A stretch of DNA of 33,153 nucleotides, from positions 78,348,114 to 78,381,266 of the forward strand of contig NC_068987.1 in the NCBI RefSeq assembly GCF_001194135.2. The letters run 5' to 3'. A model generated the notes under the pieces. It was not told where the DNA came from. It saw nothing but the letters and a program-made list of their open reading frames with translations, and did not search any database. Position 1 is the first letter of the stretch. Every line of letters starts with the position of its first letter. The stretch is from Octopus bimaculoides. Taxonomy: Eukaryota. Shown one piece after another: positions 1-12,823 of this stretch. The translations under genes were made by a program, and so were the position numbers.

Positions 1-117
1 ATACATATTATATATATGTACATATATATACATATATTCAAAATGTAACTACATGTGGATTGTTGGCCAGTTTTTTTCCCTCCGTATTCCTTTTCTCTTG
101 GACTTTCTTCTGTATCT

Positions 118-308
118 GTAACAATTTTGAGGGGAGAGGATGTACCGATCACATCGACCCCACTACTCAACTGGTACTTAATTCATCGACCCGGATAGGA
201 TGAAAGACAAAGTTGACCTCGCCGGAATTTGAACTCAGAACGTAGCGACGGGTGAAATACTGCTAAGCATTTCGTTCGGCGTTCTAACAATTCTGCCAGC
301 ACGCCGCT
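118..308 (-). mobile_element. tRNA-derived SINE, family A (octopus)
   Basis: The minus strand reads GCGGCGTGCTGGCAGAATTGTTAG (A-box-like), then GAGTTCAAATTCC (B-box-like), then the central TTCATCC..GGGTCGATGAATTAAGTACCAG domain. It aligns by eye with copies at 4359, 17703, 28698 and 30835. Confidence 0.85.
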
Positions 309-1447
309 AATAATGATTATAAGAAGTATTTCAATCGGCAATAAATGATCCCTATTCCTGTGATACCCGACATTAAAATCACGTACAATGTTTATGTACA
401 TGCCTTATGCCTTTGTGTATATGTGAATATATGGGTTTATATTTATATATATTTTTTTATGTGCGTAGATTGTGCATTTCTGTCTTTTCTTGTAATTCAC
501 GGCTTTTCAAGCACAGCCGTAATTTTTTGCTAATTCATAAAGAAGAGACACTTTAGACCGTTATAGACCGCTTTGCTTTATAACTGCTAATAACTGTCTA
601 AATGTTTCCTTTCTTGAATAATCAAAAACTATCACTATAGTGTTTTCATTTATCTGTTCCCCACCTCTTGTTCTTCTCACTTTTCCCGTTTTCTCATATT
701 TTCTCTCTGCGGTGGTTTAGATGACAAGAAAGAAAATGAAATAGAAAAAAAGATATAGAAAAAAAATTGAATATTTTCATTTGCTTTGCACATTCACTTG
801 AGTAGGATTAAGGGCCTTTTTCATCCCCTTCTCGCAATATCTCCACATTCTCTCACCTCTTTCTTTTCCTGCATCTCTTTCCCTAATCTTTTCTCTCTTC
901 CTCTACCTCTCTCTTTACATATGTACATACATAAAAACATACATACATACCTACATGTATATATATATATGTATGCTTCTATGAGCGTGTTTGTGTTTGT
1001 ATGTGTTTACGTGTAAGTGTGTACATGTGATACTCCGTTCGAGGCTCGCCTGAAGATATTAGCCGCTGGCAAGGCTGGTGCATATTGCAGTATCGCTCTT
1101 ACTGCAAACTTGCTCTATTTTCCTTGCAAACGGAGCCCACATGAATGAATAAGGCAAGTGTGAGCATGAACAAACATAAGTGAAGCTGACCCAAGCAGCC
1201 GCCGGCTCTCGGTACTCAGAGAATCGCTTCATACCACGATTAGGTCATATCTCTATTGAGAACGTCTAAACATATATTCTTGTATTTTTTGTTTATTCTA
1301 ACAGCGAAAAGAAGACTGATCACAATAAGAGTGAGCCAAGAAAACAAAAAAGGGGGAAGAAAGAAAAAGGAAAAAAAGGAGAATGGAAGAGAGAGAAGAA
1401 CGAAGTACGTATACAGTATTTATGTGTGTGGGAGTGTATGAGTGTAT

Positions 1448-1449
1448 GT

Positions 1450-1483
<34 letters not shown>

Positions 1484-1502
1484 ACGAGCGAGTGAGAGAG
1501 AG
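1448..1502. repeat. (GA)n microsatellite
   Basis: Direct reading. Confidence 0.95.
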
Positions 1503-3092
1503 AGGAGGGGTAAGTGAGTAAAACGGATTGAGAAATAAAGAAAAGGAGAAAAGAAAACAAAAAGGTAACTAATTGATACAATCTGCTACAAGAGTGTTGA
1601 AATATAATATAACTGAATTGAGCTTTATGGATGTGTTGACAGAACAAAAATTTCATCTTTAGCCGCAATAAATAAATGAATAAATATAAATAAAAGAATA
1701 AAAGTCGTAGTAAAATAATACTTTCTTAGTAAATTTTTCTTTTTAACACTTTTTTTTTGCTAAACTTGTGACTGCATATGTCTGTCTCATCAGTGTTTAT
1801 ACTCGACTGTACATTTTGTTTACATGTATTAAATATTTATATATATTTTGGCCGATCACTTATGATGCAATACATCATAAAAATAAAAATGCATCCCAAA
1901 TATTTTCTTTTACTCTTGCCATGAGATAATGAGGTTTATATCCCATTTTAATGTTTTTTTCTGTCCTTTATCTATCGCCACAAACCATTACATTTAAATT
2001 TTTATTTTGTAACAAAATATTCATTAGTTGCCCCCTTCAGATGAAGTCATGGTGCATAAAAGTACCAACTGTATCTCTATATCTCTATAGTATTCGCAAA
2101 AGTTAATCACTAGACCATTTTTTCCCCGGTGTCAACTAGCCAACAGCAAACTGTTAATCAACAACAAATACTTCGCATTTTATTTTACAATTATTTCTGT
2201 TTATTGTTTGTTTCAAGTATGTTTATGCCTTAATGAAGAGAAATTTGTTCCACGTTCATTTCTCAAGTTAGTTTATATGATCATGTTAGAAAACTTAGAT
2301 TTACACCAGATGGAAAGTTTAGTTCTTTCCGGCATTTTTAAAAACTGATTCAAATATTATTCGTTAATGATTCGATTCAGCAAGTTTATAAACGAACTGT
2401 AGCTTTAGGTAAATGAACAGACTGATCGAAGGTAACATTCATAAGATATTTTATATTTTTTAAAGTCTAATTACCAAGAGCCGTAGCTGCTGAAACGTTT
2501 ATCGTGAGAACTTGCAAACTGTAGGTTTGACAGTTCGTATTATGCTCCCTGCATTAAATGTTAAGTTCAAACTTGAGTATTTTATTTTTAACGCTGATGA
2601 CTCGAGAGAAATTACTCACTATTTCCAAGGCAAATCAGCGCACAATCTCAATACGAATTTTTTTTTTCATCAATACTTCGGCAAACATTTTGATGTCTGT
2701 ACTTCGCTGATGAGGTAAAAATAACTCCAAAACATGTGTGGCGATATATCTTATGCTTGAGATATATTTTAAATAATATTAGTAATTGTGTAATATTCTG
2801 TTCAAATTCAGCTATTTTCAGTGATGTATACTATCTGGGTGCTCCTTCGCGTGTGGGTTCATGATAATTTACTCAACCACAGACGTATACTGGACAAGTC
2901 CTTACGCATTCACAACGGAGGTTCACATATTTTCGTCTAGGATTTTTCATATCAAAACATCTTTTGTTTTACTGTTCGTTAGTTCGTAATTACTATTGCA
3001 AAGGAGAGAATCGTCTTAGTATCTGTCAATATTATTTAGTTGACGAGGCAAATTGGAGTTTGATAGAATAGATTAGAAAGTACCATATATAT

Positions 3093-3469
3093 NNNNNNNN
3101 NNNNNNNNNNNNNNNNNNNNNNNNNNNNNNNNNNNNNNNNNNNNNNNNNNNNNNNNNNNNNNNNNNNNNNNNNNNNNNNNNNNNNNNNNNNNNNNNNNNN
3201 NNNNNNNNNNNNNNNNNNNNNNNNNNNNNNNNNNNNNNNNNNNNNNNNNNNNNNNNNNNNNNNNNNNNNNNNNNNNNNNNNNNNNNNNNNNNNNNNNNNN
3301 NNNNNNNNNNNNNNNNNNNNNNNNNNNNNNNNNNNNNNNNNNNNNNNNNNNNNNNNNNNNNNNNNNNNNNNNNNNNNNNNNNNNNNNNNNNNNNNNNNNN
3401 NNNNNNNNNNNNNNNNNNNNNNNNNNNNNNNNNNNNNNNNNNNNNNNNNNNNNNNNNNNNNNNNNNNNN
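3093..3469. other. assembly gap (N run)
   Basis: N run. Other gaps: 7123-7132, 11598-11749, 14238-14445, 15654-16472, 19675-19715, 21232-21793, 27645-28012, 29956-29965, 30721-30730. Nearly all abut microsatellites. Confidence 1.
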
Positions 3470-3815
3470 GCTTCGTTTTATTTGCTTTTTTCATTTTCTT
3501 TTTTTTTCTCCGTTTTATTTGCTTTTTTCTTTTTAAATTTGCTGTTTTACCCTAACCCTAACCCTAGCCCTAACCCTATCACCGATAGAATTGTTTCAGA
3601 ATCGTTTGTTTATGTAGTCGGCACTTAATGTATATCGGCTGAATGGACGTCAGTGATTGGTTGAAATTACAGAAATACGACAACTTTAACATGGAATAAC
3701 TTAGGGATTTCTTTTTTTTTTAAGAAGACTAAGAGAAAAAGATGTTTTATATGACACATTCTACCAGTGTTCCAAGTTTCAAAGTGTTTCGTTAATGAAA
3801 AATGTGGCCCCCGTT
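3470..3815. mobile_element. probable non-autonomous interspersed repeat carrying a short (CCCTAA)n array; class unresolved
   Basis: Five telomere-like units CCCTAA CCCTAA CCCTAG CCCTAA CCCTAT at 3550-3579. The following GTGATTGGTTGAAATT..AGATGTTTTATATGACAC..AAGTTTCAAAGTGTTTCGTT segment resembles an abundant octopus repeat from memory only. Confidence 0.35.
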
Positions 3816-4358
3816 TTAAAAAAGATCCTTAATCTTTTCTATGAAAATATTCATCTCAGCTGGAATCAATTATAACCATACATATTTCATAGACTATGAT
3901 CCATTTCCGTTGCTTATAAGATGTGCAATTTCAGCCATTTCAAGGATGTCTGTTGTCCACGAGCTCCTTCGTAGGGATCTGGATAGCAGTTTACTGAACC
4001 GAACACATTCACAACCAGTCGTCATACATACATAAGAGAGACTCACATATTTTCCGTTGGTATTTTCTTGTCATTACCAGCCTTTTATTACTCATTTGTT
4101 AGTTTGTTACTTCATTAGCTCATTATCCACAGCGTTACAAGCTAGTGAAATAAATTTGAGTTTGATAGCATAGAAAAACGCATACCTTAAATTCGATATG
4201 TAGACATTTGTTTTAACTGACTTTAAAGAATATATTAAATATTATAGACGCAGAAAATATATAATATTTGAGAAGTTCGCTTTGCAAATACGAGGTCTTA
4301 TTTTCGAATCAACTGCATGAAACCATGGGCAATTGCCATTTCCTAGTCTCCTTTATAC

Positions 4359-4573
4359 TTTTCTACTTTAGGCACAACACCCGAAATTTTTTGGGGAGGG
4401 GGTGCAGTCGATTAGATCGACCCCAGTACGCAACTGGTACGTAATTTATCGACCTCGAAAGGATAAAAGGCAAAGTCGATCTCGGCGGAATTTGAACTCA
4501 GAACGTAAAGATAGACGAAATGCCGCTAAGCATTTCACCCGGCGTGCTAACGTTTCTGCTAGCTCACCGCCTT
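4359..4573 (-). mobile_element. full-length family A tRNA-SINE with 16-bp target-site duplication
   Basis: Head GGCGGTGAGCTAGCAGAAACGTTAG, B-box-like GAGTTCAAATTCC, A-rich tail AAAGTAGAAAA. Perfect flanking direct repeat CTAGTCTCCTTTATAC at 4343-4358 and 4574-4589. Confidence 0.95.
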
Positions 4574-4767
4574 CTAGTCTCCTTTATACGCTGTGACTGA
4601 ATTTGAGTAAACGAAAACTGTATAGAAGCCCGTTAATTTGTTAAAAAATGGAAACTGCATGGAGGTTCGATTGAAACTCTAATTCGAATCTATTCAGTAA
4701 AACAGCGTAAATAAGTAATCATTAAAACACCATAAGAATGGTTTGCGCTATTTAGACACTAATGCTT

Positions 4768-4845
4768 ACGTTCTAATTTCAAATCTCGCCATGGTCGATT
4801 TTTCCTTTCGTATTGAGAAGGTCAATAAAACAGGTATTAATCAAT
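4768..4845 (+). mobile_element. degenerate family A SINE fragment
   Basis: GTTCTAATTTCAAATCTCGCCATGGTCGATTTT..GGTCAATAAAACAGGTA resembles the B box plus central domain of the other copies. Confidence 0.45.
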
Positions 4846-6729
4846 TAATTCAGTATGTTTGAGTCGCCTGCTTAGGTTCCATGCGGAAATAATGGCTGCA
4901 GGACCCTAGAGGTGCTATATTCATAAGATTGTGTGATATAATTGTCCATTGGCATTATGCTGCAGCAAAATGTTAAGCTACTGATACCAGTTTAAGTTGT
5001 TGAATTAAGTATTTCATAAAATTGATTTCTGAATTTTGTTCAAAGCTACGCATTTTTTGAAAAAATTTATAATAAATTGAATCGATCAGGGTATACGCAT
5101 GCTACTTATTTCATCGAATCTGCTCGGATGTGAACATATATCATAGGAAACGTAACTAATCACCACAAGATATTTAATCTAGTACTGTGCAATTTTTGCT
5201 AATTCCTTGCTTTGTAACAATTTGAAGATATCATAAACGAATATAGAAATAATATTTGAATAGATATTAAATTTTTTCCTATCTGATTACTGTGTTTATA
5301 TGCAGATAGTAAGTTACATTCTTGATGTTTTCCCCTTCAGCAATTGTTTCAGTGTCGCAGAAGGTAACTTAGGCCGCTATGAGAAAGGAAAACTTTTCGA
5401 AATACAATGTGAATCAATGATAAAGACTCATCATATTTTGAAGGAAGAGTTAACTTTTATTTACGGAAGCTCCTAATGTGTACTGCTCTAAAAATTCCCT
5501 TGCAGTCACTAACAAGTTTGTGAGTTATCATCGTGGAAACTTAGTAGAAAATATTGGGTATTAGTGTGTTTTCATTGTTGCTAGACAGACAACTAACGCT
5601 ACTCGATCTTAATTTCACTCTTTCTAGTTTCCAGCAATATTGTAAGATAAGTTAATTTCAATACTCAGGTAATCCTATTAACATTCTTTAGATAATAGAC
5701 TGCCTTGGAAATAAAATTACAATGAAATCTTGTGGTTCTTATAGATTTTAATGAGGTGTAGAACAGGTCAAGTTGGTACAGAGTAACACTACGGAAGTGG
5801 TCACTAGATCTTTCATAGCTTCTGGCCAATTGTGTTTCAATAAATAGAAATACTACAAGTCTATGATTTGGAAATTTAGTAGTTTCACTAATAAATGCAA
5901 TGCTTCGTAATGACTCTTGTGCAAATTACTTTCTCAGCGTAAGTTAACAAGTTTGAAGTAGTAGATGGCAAGCTTTAGCTTTAACATTGAAGTAGTAATA
6001 CACTATTTCGTATAACTCTTGTTTCAAATCCCAATTAGATTGGCAAATCACTGACGGAAGAAAATCGTATACAATCACTGTAAATGGTTTAAAATGAATA
6101 GGCCGTATATATATAGCTAACACAATCTTCTCTTTAATATCGTGAACTTGAACAGAATGAATAAGTTTAAGAAAATGAAGGTAAATTTGAAGTAATAATA
6201 ATTCTTTATGAAGAATTAAACAATGATGAGTAGTATAGAGAACCCTCTATGCAATATTTTCAAACTCATCAAGCAATGTCTTTCTCTTCAAATGCTTTCG
6301 CTTCTCACATCAACACAACGTATTAAATGTGGCTGCGCTTCCATAGGAACCGCTGTTCACTTATGTTTTCTGCCTGAGATGTTAATTTCCTTTTATTAGC
6401 TGAATGCTGGTCGATTAGCCTCCACAAATCTACTTAGAAGATTTCTTTAATAAATACCTCATGAGATTTGCGAACTTTATAACAAAGTTAGTTGTTTCGC
6501 GAAAAGAAAATTTGAAAAATACGTAATTCATGACGATTGAATATGTGTGTGTATTCCTGTATGTCATTCAGCAAATGTATACGTTTGTGCATGATTGTGT
6601 GAGATGGAAGAAATATGAGTGAGAAAGATGGGGAAGACGAAGCATTTGCTTGGGGTAAACAACAGCACCAACCTTAACCTGAGTGCTGCTAGAAGTGATA
6701 AAAAGGAAAAAGGGCAAAAACTATAAAAG

Positions 6730-6734
6730 ATATG

Positions 6735-6798
<64 letters not shown>

Positions 6799-7072
6799 CA
6801 CATATATATATGTGCGTGTGTGTGTATGTGTATGTATATACACACACATATATATATACATATATATAATACATATATATATATATACATACTATCTATA
6901 TATATGTATGTATATGTATGTGCTTATATTATATACGTACGAATGTATGTAAGTACATATAAATATATGTACATATATATGTATACACACGCACAAACAT
7001 ATATGTATATATATATGAGTGTGTGTGTATATACACACACATATATATATATATACATATATAAACACACAC

Positions 7073-7122
<50 letters not shown>

Positions 7123-7160
7123 NNNNNNNNNNCATGCATATACATACATATATATATATA
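6730..7160. repeat. compound (TA)n/(TG)n/(CA)n microsatellite field
   Basis: Direct reading. It accounts for the YI/IY-repeat ORFs. Confidence 0.95.
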
Positions 7161-8028
7161 ATTTATAATGATTGGAAAGAAAGGGTGCAAGTTGTGATTC
7201 TTATATAGATAAATGAAACAGAATAAAGTAACAGTTAAGTTATTAGCGTCGGATGATTGGTTGTTATTATTTGGTGGATTTTTGAGGGAACGGGTGTTAA
7301 AAATGTGACAGATGTGTAGATAGATGAGTGTCAAAACAATTGAAGAAGAAAAAAGAAAAAAAATAGCAAAACGAAAACAGATCAACATAAACAAAGAAAA
7401 CAAAACCAAAACAACTAGACAGTAAACAGTGCATAAGGGTTAAAGAGAAAGATATTGTGAGAAAGAACATTGATAGTGAGGGAGACATTACAGTATGTGG
7501 GAAGCCTGTAATCCATAAGATCCGGTGAAAGTGATAGCCAGCGAAAAGGAAGTGGAAAGTGTATAGAGAACATTGAACCAATCTAGCAGTTTACGTGGGA
7601 GCTCAGGGCGAACACACCAATGCCCTAGGCTGTTGTTAGCAGGCAATTGCCTTTAAGCGTCTCCATATAGACACTTGTTATTGTATAATGCTTTCTATAT
7701 TTTTTTACACTTTCCGTTTGTTATTTATTCGAATGAAGGATTTGTTGGGCACTGTTTCGGATCATTGTAGCGTTCATCGTATTTAGAAATGGGGAGTACT
7801 GTAATAATGCTTCCATCGTTTCATTCAAGGTTGTTTCAGAATGTCGTGATCACAAAAGAAATCGTTACAAAACTTTTGAAAACCTATATAAATATCTTGC
7901 GGCGTTTTTCATCATGGTTACCACATGGCCATTTCACAGACCTTTCTCTTGTTGGAAACGATCTCCCAGTATATCAATTAAAATTTGATTTGATAGGGGC
8001 AAAGATAACCTTTTCAATTACACTTGTC

Positions 8029-8030
<2 letters not shown>

Positions 8031-8076
<46 letters not shown>

Positions 8077-8260
8077 TATTCTCTCTCACTCGCTCATTCC
8101 TTTCACTCTTCCTTATTCTCAGCCTTTTTACTTCTCACTCAATCTAGCATTATATGTATACACACATACACACATACACACATATATATTCACACATACA
8201 TATATACATATATACATGCATACATATATGTATGTGTGTGTGTGTGTGTATCTGTCTATC
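8031..8260. repeat. (CT)n followed by (CA/TA/TG)n low-complexity tract
   Basis: Direct reading. Confidence 0.9.
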
Positions 8261-8751
8261 TATAAATACCCAAATTCATTTCAATTTCTCCAAACCCTAT
8301 CTTGTTTTTTTCTAATTTTCATTCAGATTTCTTGTCTCAAGAAGCATCAGTTTTGCGAGGAAACACGTGTGTGTGTGTTACATTCGTATGTATATACATA
8401 CATATATGCGAGTGACAGATAAAGGAGTGCCAGTGCCGTTTCTACTTGTAATATCTACTTAGAATTACATCGTGGATTGTAATTGTGAAGCTGCAAAGCA
8501 ATTTGGTCGAAAATATGTCAGACATATTGTAAATTTGTGCTTGCTGTTTTCATTAATGAAAAACTATCAATCAACGAAAACTACTGGAACAAAACATCTC
8601 TCATAATCCATACATATATGCTTGATTGATATTTGAACAATAATTTGAAAATTAAAGTAAATAAAATTAAAATCATTGACAATAATTGTTTTGGCATAAA
8701 ACATCTTATTTTGTGTTTAACATTTTTATTCTTTTTATTTAAAAATATTTT

Positions 8752-8866
8752 TCGGTTTCAATCCCGCGGTATGGCACCTTTGGCAAATGTCTTCTACTAT
8801 AGCACCTGGCCGACCAATAACTTGGGAATAAATTTGGTAGACGGGAACTGTGTGAAAGCCCATCGG

Positions 8867-8900
<34 letters not shown>
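8752..8900 (+). mobile_element. degenerate family B SINE (5' half) ending in (ATCT)n
   Basis: GGTTTCAATCCCGCGGTATGGCACCTTTGGCAAATGTCTTCTACTATAGC..GGCCGACCAAT..TTTGGTAGACGGGAACTG matches the copies at 11400 and 14040. Confidence 0.75.
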
Positions 8901-9424
8901 CTTCTATTCTATTATTGGTAGCGTGGTCCCAAGTAGCCCGTTTTCTGACACAAGGAGGTCCATGACTGAAGGCGGAATTTAAACTCTGAACTTAAAGAGC
9001 CGGAACCGGAATACATTCTGTAGTGTTCCCCACTCACCCGATGTGGTATCAATTCCTACAAATCCACCGTCCTTCATTAGTCTTTTACTTGTCCAACTAG
9101 TCTCTTGTGAAACACTGAAATGTTTAATTCGTATCAAAATCACAAATAGTACACTAATATTTTTAAAAAGGAACCAAATCATTAATGTAAATCACACTAC
9201 ACTATGACTGAAAAATAAAGACAAATAATAAGGCAGGAACGCGTTTGATCAGAGCCACAGTGGGGCTTGCCAACTACAGCAATAACAAAAACAGTAGTGC
9301 AGTTGCAACAACACAAAAACACCCACAAATATATGCGTATATACATCGAAAGTTAAAACTATCGCCGTAAACACCTTTTTATTTAACATTATAAACATTA
9401 TTATCATTATGAACAGTATTAATT

Positions 9425-9578
9425 TTAAATTTTGGCAAAAGGCCAGTAATTTAGAGGAAAGGATAAGCCGATTACATCGACTCCAGTACTCATCTGATAC
9501 TTATTTTATCGACCACAAAAGGAAGAAAACAAAATCGACACCGACGGCATTTGAACTCAAAACGTAAAGTCGGAAGAA
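9425..9578 (-). mobile_element. family A SINE, head-truncated
   Basis: AAATTTTGGCAAAAGGCCAG..CGATTACATCGACTCCAGTAC..TTTATCGACC..ATTTGAACTCAAAACGTAAAG on the plus strand. Confidence 0.8.
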
Positions 9579-9689
9579 ATTCAGCAATCTTGTTCCAATC
9601 AAACTGCAAGGAACTCATACGAACTTGCGAAATAAAAACCGAATGAAATACACACAACTTTAATACTCCCGTGTTTTTAGAACAACGTT

Positions 9690-9720
<31 letters not shown>

Positions 9721-9724
9721 CACA

Positions 9725-9755
<31 letters not shown>

Positions 9756-9774
9756 ACATACACACTCACACAGC

Positions 9775-9912
9775 TAACCCTGACAGTTTTCTATACATGT
9801 GTTCTCCTGAGTCTGTTGTAGATATTTGACTAAACTTTATGCAGAGAGAATCGAACCCAAAATTTAAGTGATTCAGATAGAAACTTCTTAACCACACAGC
9901 CATGCCTACATT
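9775..9912 (-). mobile_element. degenerate family B SINE head
   Basis: The minus strand reads GTAGGCATGGCTGTGTGGTTAAGAAGTTT..GGGTTCGATTC. Confidence 0.6.
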
Positions 9913-9929
9913 CGAAATTACTACGACAT

Positions 9930-9953
9930 CAACAACAACAACAACTACTACTA

Positions 9954-9993
<40 letters not shown>
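9930..9993. repeat. (CAA)n(CTA)n trinucleotide microsatellite
   Basis: Direct reading. Confidence 0.95.
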
Positions 9994-9995
<2 letters not shown>

Positions 9996-10014
9996 TTGAT
10001 GAGATATCTTTTGC

Positions 10015-10195
10015 ATTTTAGTTATATTGCCTGACGAACTGAATTCAAATCTTGTAACGGTCAGCTTTGACTTTCATCCATATACAGTCGATAAATAAAT
10101 TAAATTAGCAGTCAAGAATTGGGATCGATGTAACCGACTATACGCCTCTCCAAAATTTAAAACCTTATGTCCTTGGCAGAAATAACAATAATTAT
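10015..10195 (+). mobile_element. degenerate family A SINE
   Basis: GAATTCAAATC..CAGCTTTGACTTTCATCC..GTCGATAAAT..GGGATCGATGTAACCGACT..CCAAAATTT. Confidence 0.65.
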
Positions 10196-10459
10196 TATTT
10201 TTACTGTCGGTTCTCTGAAGCTGTTCTTACAGCTGTTCCGTTCGTTTTAGCCTCAGTTCATATCAACCTATAGGTTTTTGCTGTTAGAATTAAAAGACAT
10301 TGCAAATGAAAAGTATCAGTTATATGTCTTAGAGATTATTTTCAAACATGTTTCTAGAGCCCTAAGATCTATAAGACCAGTTAACAGGTTTTCAGAGCGT
10401 ATAAATGACCGATATCCCAACTTTTCCCCTAACGGGGTACTGATTCGTGGCAGGTTTCA

Positions 10460-10535
10460 GTAATTGTGAGGGAACAAGTTGATTATATTGACTCTTGTAT
10501 TTTACTGGTACTTTATTTTATCGATCCGGAAAGGT
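10460..10535 (-). mobile_element. family A SINE fragment
   Basis: ACTGGTACTTTATTTTATCGATCCGGAAAGG core on the plus strand. Confidence 0.5.
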
Positions 10536-11399
10536 TTTCTTCACGAATCAAAAATTTATGCTATGATTTGCTGTAAAAATCAACGAATATTTTTTGCATA
10601 AATTTGTTATAATCAAAAAGGTGAAAAGGAGAAGGAATCGAATGTTGAATTCTGGAAACAATGCACATAATATTTTGGAACTCAGAAGAAAAAATTTTTT
10701 TTTAAAAAACGTCTTTAAGTAAATTCTATAGCATAGAGATAACAGAAATAACTAACGGTTTGTCTGCAAAGATGATTTCTCTGAAAATCATAAATAATTT
10801 ACAGATGATTGTACGATAGCAACACGCTGAATGTTTGAAAATATAATAAATATTCGCACAAAAGCTTACTGGAAATTTACCTTTGTGTCCATGGCACCAA
10901 GATAAAGATTGAATTAATGTGTGGTAGGAAGTGAAAAATATTTGCAACATAATAAAATTTAAACATATAATAATAAGTCACACATACGCAAACACAAGAC
11001 AATACACAAAACATTTAGATAGTATTATATTAATAATAGAAATAATATATCAGATGAAAGGGAATAGCTGAGAAGTGTTCAAACATAGGATAAAATGGTT
11101 ATGTTCAATTTAACGAGGCTTGTGTGGAGTAGATATTATCCAAGCTATTTTGAATCAATAAAAGTCTTACAATATTTCTTTACAATGATTAGTCACAAGC
11201 AATTTATACATAAGAGGTAGATGGAAAAAAGGATTGTGGCGTTTGTCTTTTTCTTCGGAGGTGATGATGTATTATAAATATTCGGTTCATGTGGTACTGT
11301 ATGTAAAATAAACCAGGCAGCATAGCATCTCTAGTGCTGGCGGTCAAAAGTATTACTTTCGGTTTCCTGTTAAACGGTACAATGATTTTGTATGTCATA

Positions 11400-11561
11400 G
11401 GCGCAGGAATGGCTGTGTGTTAAGTAGCTTACTTACCAACTACATGGTTTCGGGTTCAGTCCCACTGCGTGGCACCTTGGGCTAGTGTCCTCTACTATAG
11501 CCTTGGGCCGACCAAAGCCTTGTGAGTGGATTTGGTAGACAGAAACTGAAAGAAGCCCGTC

Positions 11562-11597
<36 letters not shown>

Positions 11598-11749
11598 NNN
11601 NNNNNNNNNNNNNNNNNNNNNNNNNNNNNNNNNNNNNNNNNNNNNNNNNNNNNNNNNNNNNNNNNNNNNNNNNNNNNNNNNNNNNNNNNNNNNNNNNNNN
11701 NNNNNNNNNNNNNNNNNNNNNNNNNNNNNNNNNNNNNNNNNNNNNNNNN

Positions 11750-11796
<47 letters not shown>

Positions 11797-12006
11797 GTTT
11801 GTATATGTTCGTGTGTCTGTGTTTGCCCCCCCCCCAACATCGCTTGACAACCGATGCTGGTGTTTACGTCTCCGTAACTTAGCAGTTCGGCAAAAAAGGG
11901 CCGATAGAATAAGTACTAGGCCTACAAAGTCCTGGGGTCGATTTGCTCGACTAGAGGTGGTGCTCCAGCATGGCCGCAGTCAAATGACTGAAACAAGTAA
12001 AAGAGT
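11400..12006 (+). mobile_element. family B tRNA-SINE (CORE-like, OR2-type) with internal (TA)n..(TG)n microsatellite and gap
   Basis: GGCGCAGGAATGGCTGTGTG (A-box-like), GGTTCAGTCCC (B-box-like) and GGCACCTTGGGC (CORE-like). The 3' module ends ATGACTGAAACAAGTAAAAGAG. It is closely similar to the copy at 14040. Confidence 0.9.
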
Positions 12007-12229
12007 AGTGTATCAGCTGAGAATGTGCTTCATTGAATTTACTTAAGAGGTCAACTGTATTCCGGATTATTCTTCTCAAAAATAACCGAATTGTCATCTT
12101 GGTTCGTAACAAAATGCCACCGGCCCAGGAAACATCTGCCGCAGTGTAACCTGAATATAATTTTTTTCCTTATACTTTTAGTTATATTTTTAGTTCATAT
12201 CGCCGCCGAATTTTGAAAGGAATGTAAGT

Positions 12230-12605
12230 CTACCGCAAGTAAAAAAAAGGTTCCTGGGCACTGGTGTAGATTATCCCCCAGGTACAATCGAACAAACGTC
12301 CCTGAATAAGGGTTGTTTAAGGATGTTGAACGAAACACCCACTTTTCCAAAGGTGAATTATCCAACCCCCCAAAGAATTCCTCTCTACACATGGCTACGA
12401 TGCTTCCACACTGCTTCTGCTAGTGATCATAGATACACATAGCGCCAGCCACCAAGGGACATACTCAACTGGTTAAGGTGAAACAACTAACAAGCAAATC
12501 TGCGGTATCAGCAGAATATGTACTATAGCCCATCTTTTATACCAAGACAACACAATGTACATGATAACACTTCCAGTCAGTTAAGATCAGAAGCCATGAG
12601 AGCCA
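12230..12605. mobile_element. octopus interspersed repeat, class not determined
   Basis: AAGGGTTGTTTAAGGATGTTGAACGAAACACCC..CAAGCAAATCTG..CAGTTAAGATCAGAAGCCATGAGAGCC is recognised from memory as a common octopus repeat. There is only one copy in the window, so this is not confirmed internally. Confidence 0.35.
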
Positions 12606-12636
<31 letters not shown>

Positions 12637-12643
12637 GTTGTTG

Positions 12644-12701
<58 letters not shown>

Positions 12702-12823
12702 CAGTGAACTAATGTAACACCTCTTATTTTTCGAGCACCTTTCGGAGTATTCGAGAGGTTCCAAGCAGTGGTGTGTTCTGCAAGTGCTCTACCCTTATCG
12801 CAGCCCTATTTGTTCCACGTACA

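Noticed and set aside
2465-2510. CCAAGA-GCCGTAGCTGCT-GAAACGTTT as a hammerhead
   Set aside because: No CUGANGA box, and the would-be triplet is GUG.
2594-2630. CTGATGA-CTCGAGA-GAAA core
   Set aside because: No workable stem II or stem I.
6615-6660. [16 protein letters not shown] followed by G|GTAAAC, a possible first exon
   Set aside because: Too short to support, with no promoter or downstream exon evidence.
6564-7409. Stack of ORFs rich in YI/IY/CV repeats (likewise 8024-8422, 27456-28123, 32223-32569)
   Set aside because: They are translations of microsatellites, with no protein-like complexity.
10278-10463. 61-aa ORF with a nearby AG acceptor
   Set aside because: No recognisable domain, and the length is expected by chance.
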